Below are positions 36,055 to 45,000 of a DNA stretch of 50,887 nt, one piece after another (the stretch's first letter is position 1; each line of letters begins with the position of its first letter). This stretch comes from Bacteroidaceae bacterium (GTDB taxonomy: Bacteria; Bacteroidota; Bacteroidia; Bacteroidales; Bacteroidaceae): assembly GCA_045628285.1 (NCBI GenBank), contig JAZQPD010000067.1:1-50887 (forward strand). The letters are read 5' to 3'. The notes under the pieces were generated by a model. That model did no database searches. It had not been told where the DNA came from and saw nothing but the letters and a program-made list of their open reading frames with translations. The translations under genes were made by a program, and so were the position numbers.

Positions 36055-39000
36055 ATGGACAATAAAACTTCACCGATTACATACGCTCAGCAGGGTGTGT
36101 ACATCGACTGTATCCTTGACCCTGAAAACCTTCGTTACAACAATCCGCAGTCCGTATCCATTCCGGCAGGCATCCCGGCAGAGGCAGTCTGCGATGCTGT
36201 ACGGAAGGTCTTTGAGTGTCATCCGGCACTCTTCTCCCACTTCGAGGACAGAGGCGGCTGTGCAACTCAGGTCTATACACCTGAGTGCCATGCCGAGGTC
36301 AGGATAACAAAGACTGAGGACAAGGATGTGGATGCCCTCAAGGCAGCCTTCATTAGAGTCTTCGACCTCGGGCAGGAACCTCTCTACAGGGCAGAGGTAC
36401 TCGATGCTCCGTCGGGAGTGACGCTTCTTGTTGACTTCCATCACCTCGTGTACGACGGCGCGTCGCTGAACATTCTGATGAACGAAATCTGTGCAGCTCT
36501 CGAGGGCAAGGAGCCAACAGCGGAAGTCACATCCTATGCCGACTTTGCAGAAGCCCAGCATGCAGACAAGACAACCCATGGATTCGACAAGCCCACCAAC
36601 CATAAATCCTATTACGACGGGCTGCTTGATGGCATCACGTCGACACAGATACCGTCCGACCTCAATGGCGGAGAAGGTATCCACAGGGAACATGTGCAGT
36701 TTGTAAGTACGCCCGACGTGATGGCGAAGGCAAAGTCGCTCGATACGGCACCGTCAGCACTGTTCATGGCGGCAGCATTCTATACACTCAGTCGCTACAC
36801 GAACACGAAGGAACTCTGCATGACCACCATCAGCAACGGCCGTCAGAACCCGATGACCAAGGGCATCGTGGGAATGTTCGTGAATACCTTGCCACTTGTA
36901 AGTAAGATAGGTGACACCAGCGTATGCGAGTACATCCACGGTGTGCGCAGTATGTTCCAGGATGTCCGTCAGCATGAGGAATATCCTTTTGCAACCCTCG
37001 TCAACGACTACGGCATCGAGCAGCATGTCCGTTTCACATATCAGTACGGTACTTTTGGCAATACATTCCACGTAAACGGAGAGGACATGAAGGCAGAAGC
37101 CATGCGTGCCAACAGCCATACGTTCCCGTTTACCATCACGATAAGCAATATTGACGACAAGCCAGCCATCGTCATCAACTACGACACAGCAAAGTATTCC
37201 GCAGACCTCGTAAACCGTTTTGCCGAGTCGATGGATGCTGTAGTATCGCATTTCCTTGAGGAGCCCGATGGCAAACTGCTTTCAGTATCCATTATGAGCG
37301 AGCGTCAGCATGCCGAACTGGCAAATATGCGCCAGACGTGCATCGACCATTCTGCAGTCCGTTTCCCACTATTCCACAAAAGCCTTGAGTACTGGGCAGA
37401 ACAGACACCAGACGCAACTGTCATCATTGCCTGCAACGAGACACTGACTTACCGTCAGTTCAACGGGAAGGCAAATGTCCTCGCACATGCCTTGATGAAT
37501 AAGGGAGTGGTACGTGGTGACCGCATCTGTCTGTTGCTGCCTCGCAAGAGCTGGCATCTCATAGCCATGTTCGGTGTGATGAAGACTGGTGCAGCCTACA
37601 TCCCTTGCGACCCGGAATATCCGGCAGAGCGCATCAGGCTCATCACCGACGACAGCCATGCCCGCTATGTGATTACCACCAAGGACAAGATGGGCGACTA
37701 TGGTGCCAGGGCACTTGACGTGGAGGTGTTGTTGAATGATGATTCGGCAGGCTCACCAACCAACTATAGCAACCCTGATGTGGAGGTTTCGCCGGATGAC
37801 CTTGCATACCTTATCTATACCTCAGGTTCCACAGGCCGTCCGAAGGGCGTGATGCTTCGCCACATAGGCATCTGCAACTACCTCACCGACCACGAGGAGA
37901 ACCGGCATTTCCATGCACTGGTGAATAACTGCAAGACCATGCTCTGCATCACTACGGTCAGTTTCGACCTCTCGCTCAAGGAAATCGGCTCATCTCTCTA
38001 CAACGGCATGACACTCGTGTTTGCCAACGAAGACCAGGTCAACGACCCGCAGGCATTGGCCAATCTGATGACTGCAACGAACGTGGATGGTTTCAGTGGC
38101 ACCCCTTCACGCCTGAAGATGTTCCTTGACCTTCCAGACTTCCAGAACGCATTGGCAAGATGCAAGTTCATCGTGCTTGGCGGAGAGAAATATCCTCCGA
38201 CACTTCTGCCTCAGATAAAGGCACTTGCTCCTGGTGCACGCCTGTTCAACACATACGGACCGACGGAAATCAGTGTCAGCTGTAACGGCAAGGAACTGAC
38301 ACACGCCGACCACATCACTATCGGCCGTCCGTTGCTGAACGTAAAGGAATATGTGGTTGACGACGACCTTAATGAACTGCCTGTAGGTGTGACAGGAGAG
38401 TTGCTCATCGGTGGTCTGGGTGTTTCAGCCGGATACAACGATCTGCCAGAAAAGACGGCAGAGGCATTCATAGACTATAATGGAGAGTGTTGCTACAAGT
38501 CGGGAGACTATGCCTACTGGAACGCAGAAGGCGACGTAGTCATCCTTGGCCGTAAGGACCACCAGATAAAGCTCAACGGACTGAGAATCGAACTCGGAGA
38601 AGTGGAGACAGTGCTCAACCGCCAGCCACAAGTGAAGGAAGGCGTGGTGATGATTAGAAATGTGGAAGGTCACGACCACCTTGTGGCATATTATGTCCCT
38701 GCCACGTCAGATGCAGAGGCTGACCTCGTTGGCACATTGAAGGAACAGATGGGCAAGAGTCTCACTCACTATATGGTTCCTGCCATCTTCGTCAGGATGG
38801 ATAAGATGCCAATCTCTCCAAACGGCAAGACCGACCTCAAGGCTCTGCCACAACCGGTCATCGAACTCTCGGAAACCGAGAAGGTCATGCCGACGACAGC
38901 CGACGAGCAGTCCCTCTACGACATCGTTGCGGAAATCGTAGGCAATGGCAACTTCGGAATCACGACCAACCTTGTCGGTGTAGGACTGACTTCCCTGCTT

Positions 39001-42000
39001 GCCATACGGCTTTCAGTGTTCGTGAATGGCAGGATGAACGCATCACTTTCCGTACGTGACATACTGAAATATCCAACCATCAAGGAACTGGCCACCAAGC
39101 TGCAGCGCACAGACCATGGTGCAATGAAGCATGCTGCAAATCAGTCGGCACCGCTTTCGTTCTCCCAACTTGGCATTTATTCCGAATGCATCAGTTCTCC
39201 AGATGACATCCAATACAACATACCGGTATGTATCCGTCTGCCTCAGGGCATCACGACAACAGAGGCTAAGGCTGCCTTGGAGAAGGTGTTGGCTGCACAT
39301 CCATTCGTCTACAATCATTTCCAGGACGACGACAATGGCGATGCATACCAGTGTCTGATGGAGAACAAGTCGGCAGAGATTCCCATAGTCACTATGACCG
39401 GGCAGGAACTGGAACAGGAAAAGAAATCCTTTGTACGTCCGTTCGCATTGAAGGAAAGCCCGCTCTTCCGTCTGAAAGTTGTGGACTGTGATTCTTCCGT
39501 ATATGTCATGTCCGACTTCCACCATCTCGTCATGGACGGAGGCTCGTACGACATATTCTACCGGCAGTTGTGTCAGGCTCTTGACGGAAAGGAACTGGAA
39601 ACAGAGCAGTACGACTACTACCAGTTCGTTGCCGACCAGAAGATTGACGCGGCTACAGAGCAGTTCTTTGCCGAACAGTTGGGCCAGATTGAGGAGGCAT
39701 CAGCATTGCTGCCCGACAGATATGATGGTGACGACAGCCATCGTCAGGCTGAAGTGACAGTTCCTACAGACTTGCAGGCTGCTCAGGCCAAGTGCAAGCA
39801 ACTGAACATCACTCCTGCAGCACTGTATCTTGCAGCAACTGCGATTGCTGTCAGCAAATATACCGCTGAGGAGACCGTAGGCATCTGCACAGTCTCGAAT
39901 GGCAGAGGTAACCTGCAGATAGCAAACACATTCGGAATGTTTGTGAACACACTGCCATTAGTGAGCAATGCCGATACAAGCCTGACTGTAGATGACTATC
40001 TGAGGAAAACTGCCGGTACGTTTGTCGACACCTTGGCAAATGAAGATTATCCATACGGCAAGGTGGTTGAAAACTTCGGCTACATTGCCAGCATATTGTA
40101 TGCCTACCAGGTAGGTGTCCTCAACAAATACAGTTGCAGCAAGGGTGAACTGACTATTCAGAAACTTGAACTCCAGAAAGCCAAGTTTCCAGTTTCCGTG
40201 CTGATTGAGGGCAGTGTGGAGCAAGGTGGTGTCATCAGGATTCAGTATGACGAAAGCCTTTTCACCCCCGACATGATGAAGGGCTTTGCCGCTGCCGTTC
40301 AGCATATAGCAGCCGACTTGATTGTGACTGAAAGGATGAGCGATGTCAGCGTATGCACCGACGAGATGATTTCACTCCTTGACTCCTTCAATGTGAACCG
40401 ACTTGCAGTTTCAGCCGAAGAAGATGCCGGTGAGACCGTGCTGTCGCTCTTCCAAAGAACAGCCCTACAGTATCCGGACAACATCGCAGCCGTATTCAAG
40501 GACAGGAAATATACATATAGGGAACTTGACGAACTGACAGATAAGATTGGTGGAGATATATACAATAAGGTAAAGGACTGTGGCAAGGCAGAACCTGTAG
40601 TGTCCATACTCATTCCGAGAAACGAATATATCTTCATCCTTCCTCTTGCAGCCATGAAGGCAGGATGTGCTTATCAGCCGCTCGACCCAAGTTATCCGCA
40701 GGAACGACTGAACTTTATGGTGAAGGATGCCGATGCAGCACTGCTCATTGCCGACCCCGGACTGAAGGATATCATCAGCGGATACGAGGGCGAGGTAGTG
40801 CTCACCAGTGACCTGGAACATTCAAACTCCTTTCCTTTGAGGGAAGGGCAGGGGTTAGGCCAGCCTCTCACTCCTCAGAGCCTCTTCATTCTCCTCTATA
40901 CATCAGGTTCGACGGGTGTGCCAAAGGGAGTTATGCTCGAGCACCAGAATCTCATGGCATTCATCAAGTGGTATCGTCGTTATTATAACCTGAAACCTGA
41001 ACATAATGTGGCAGCGTATGCTTCGTTTGGTTTCGATGCCAACATGATGGACCTCTATCCCGCATTGACCACAGGTGCTACGGTCTATGTCGTTGCCGAA
41101 GAACTCCGACTCGACCTCGTGGCTCTCAATGACTATTTCGAGGCAAATGCCATCACGCATAGTTTCATCACCACTCAGGTGGGAGTCCAGTTCCTCCAGA
41201 ACACCGACAACCGCTCTCTCAAGCACCTCAGTGTAGGTGGCGAGAAACTGGTCAGTGTGGATTCTCCGAAGAATTACTCGTTGCACAATGGCTATGGTCC
41301 TACGGAATGTACAATCTTCACGACCACCATGCCTGTAATGAAGAAGGAATCCAATATCCCTATCGGCAAACCTACAGACCTGCTGGATTGTTTCGTGATG
41401 GACAAGCATCTTCACCGACTTCCTGTAGGTGCAGCCGGTGAACTGGTTGTCGCTGGCAAACAGGTAGGTCGTGGTTATCTGAACCGCCCCGACAAGACAG
41501 CCGAGGCATTCTTCACACTCAATGGTGAGCGTGCATACCACACTGGTGACATCGTACGTTACCGTCAGGACGGAAACATCGAGTTCGTAGGCCGTAAGGA
41601 CGGTCAGGTGAAGATTCGTGGTTTCCGCATCGAACTGAAGGAAGTGGAAGCCGTAATCCGTGACTTCGCAAGTATTAGGGACGTAACCGTTCAGGCATTC
41701 GACGACCCTAACGGAGGCAAGTTCATAGCCGCATACATTGTCAGCGATGAGGCTGTCGACATAGATGCATTGAATCAGTTCATCCTCGACCAGAAACCAC
41801 CTTACATGGTACCTGCAGTGACCATGCAGATAGAGAAGATTCCGCTCAATGTGAACCAGAAGGTCGACAAAAAGTCCCTGCCGAAACCAGAACCAAAGAC
41901 AAGGACTGGCAGCGGTGATGCACCTGCGGCTCCACTCAACGCATTGGAAACTCAGCTCAAGGCCATCATAGCCTCTGTGACTGGCACCGAGGACTTCACG

Positions 42001-45000
42001 ATAACAGATGTACTTGGATACATAGGCCTCACATCAATCTCAAGCATCAAACTTGCAACACTCATCTACAAGAAGTTTGGTGTGCAAGTCAATGCAAAGA
42101 CCCTTGCAAGGGCTGGTTCCCTGCAGAGCATTGAGAATGAAATCCTTGAGGTGTGGATGAACGGTAACGGAAACGAAAACGAAAACAAAAACGAAAACGA
42201 CGGAAACTCATCGGCATCAGCTCCTCTGACGTATCCGCAGACTGGTGTGTATCTCGACTGCATGAAGAATCCGGGCACTACTCTCTACAATGTGCCAGTC
42301 AGGTTCACATTCGCCAAGAATATCACTGTCAAGGAACTTCAGGATGCTATCAGAGCAACAGTGGACAACCACCAGAGTTTTCGACTCACGTTTGCAACTG
42401 TCGATGGTGAGATACGTCAGATTCTCAACAACGACATTCCTGTGGAAGTTCCTGTAAGCAAACTGTCCGACAGCGAATCAGATGCTTACGAGCACGACTT
42501 CGTACGTCCGTTCAATCTCGCCCAGGGACCGTTGTTCCGCTTTGAAATCGTGGAGACTGAGAACCGCTTGCATCTCTTCATTGACATCCATCACCTTGTC
42601 ACCGACGGAGGTTCCATTGATTTGATCATACGCGAAATCACGGCACGCCTCAATGGCGAAGAGACGGAGAAGGAAGACTACCCATACATACAGTTTGCCA
42701 CCAGCCAGAAGGCAGCTGAAGGTAGTAAGGAATACATGGCAGCGAAAGCATTCTTTGATTCCCGCCTTGCTTGCTGTGAAGGAGCAAGTGAGATTACAGC
42801 CGACCTGCCAAAGAACGACTCTGCAAACCATACCCTCGGACGGAGTGTTTGCCCGATTGATATAGCTCCTGTAGAGACATTGGCAAGGCAACTCGGAGTG
42901 ACACCGATGAGCGTGTGCCTTGCTGCGACATACTACACCGTGAGCCGATTCGTCAACAGCAGGCAAGTCTATCTCGGCACCATTTCCAACGGTCGGAGCA
43001 ACTTGCGTACATACAACACTACGGGTATGTTCGTCAACACTCTTGCACTGAGCGGTGAGATTAAGGAACAAACCGTCAGCGACTTCATCACGGAGACTGC
43101 CCAGAACTTCACCGACACCATCACCCACGAGCAATATCCGTTCGCACAGATTGCTGCCGACTACGGATTCAAGCCAGAAATCGTGTTTGAGTATCAGGTA
43201 GGAGTCCTCGAAAATCATATTGTGCGTGGTGAGCAGACAGCATTGAAGGGACTCACACTCGATCTTGCCAAGTTCAAGATGAAAATCAGTATCGAAGGAG
43301 CTCCTGATGGAGGACACCAGGTGCGAATCGGATATGACGAAGCATCCTATTCACCAGAACTTGCAGCAAGTTTTGCTGAATCAGTATGTGCCGTCATCAG
43401 CCATTTTGCAGGTAGTCCTCAGGCACTTGTCAAAACTGTATCTATCATGAGCCAGGCTCAGGCACAGCAAGTCGGTAAACTCCATAACATTGCTACTGCC
43501 CCAGTCACGAGCCAGCTTTTTTACGAACCAATCGAAAAGTTTGCCGAGATACAGCCCGACAAGACCGCACTCATTGCTGTTGACCGCACACTCACATATC
43601 GTGAGTTCAATGCAGAAGCCAATCGTGTGGCTCATGCACTCATGGCTCGCGGCGTGAAGAAAGGCGACCGCGTCGTTGTCCTCCTGCCGCGTACCAGTGC
43701 CGTGATGCTCACTATTTTCGGTATCAGCAAGACCGGTGCTGCCTACATCCCTTGTGACCCTGAATATCCTGCTGACCGCATCAGTCTCATCACCGAAGAT
43801 TCCGAAGCGGCATACGTGGTCACCACCAAGGACAAGATGGGCGACTATGGTGACAAGGCACTCGATGTGGAGGAGTTGCTGAGCCCTTCCCTTCCGGGAG
43901 GGGATGGGGTAGGCTCCAATCCTAATGTTGACGTATCACCAGATGACCTCGTATATCTCATCTACACATCAGGTTCAACAGGCCGCCCTAAGGGGGTAAT
44001 GCTTCGCCATGAAGGCATCTGCAACTATCTGCAGTGCCATCCAGGCAATCGTCACATCTATGCCATGGCAACGGAAGGCAGTTGTCTGTTGTGCGTTACC
44101 ACGCTCTCGTTCGACATGTCGCTCAAGGAATATGGCATGGCACTCTTCAACGGGCTCACACTCGTGCTCAGCGATGAAAACCAGAGCAATAACCCTGTAG
44201 AACTGGCTAACCTCTTCAAGCAGACAAGTGCCGACATATTCAATGCCACACCGTCGCGCCTGCTCAACTACATGGAACTCCCAGAGTTCTGTAATGCACT
44301 GCGCCAATGCAAGTGCGTGCTGAGCGGAGGTGAGGCATACAGCGACAAACTTCTTGCACGCCTGCACAAGCTGGGTATAAAGCACATCTTCAATACCTAT
44401 GGTCCTACGGAAATCACCGTATCGTCCAACTGTGCTGAACTGACGAATACCGACCAGATTACGATTGGTCAGCCATTGCTCAACTACACCGAGTTCGTAG
44501 TCGACACAGATGGCAACGAACTCCCTGTCGGTGTGGTCGGGGAACTCTACATCGGTGGTGTCGGTGTGGCAAAGGGCTACAACAACCTCGACAAGCAGAC
44601 CAGTGAACGCTTCGTGGACTACAAGGGCATACGCTGCTATCGTTCAGGCGACTATGCACGCTGGACTCCTGACGGACGTGTCGTAGTTCTCGGACGTATG
44701 GACAATCAGATAAAGCTTCGTGGTCTTCGCATCGAACTTGGAGAAGTGGAGGCTGCCATCTGCAAGGTAGAGGGTGTCAAGCAAGCCGTGGTCATGGTGA
44801 GGAAGATTGATGATGTGGAACATCTCACTGCCTACTACACAGCCGACCGTCGTATCGAAATCGAGGATATGAAAGCCCAAATCGGAACCACACTCACTCG
44901 CTACATGGTGCCTACTGCATATCTCCAGATGGATACATTCCCGCTCACGCCTAACGGCAAGACTGACATCAAGCATCTTCCAATGCCTCAATTGGCAAAG

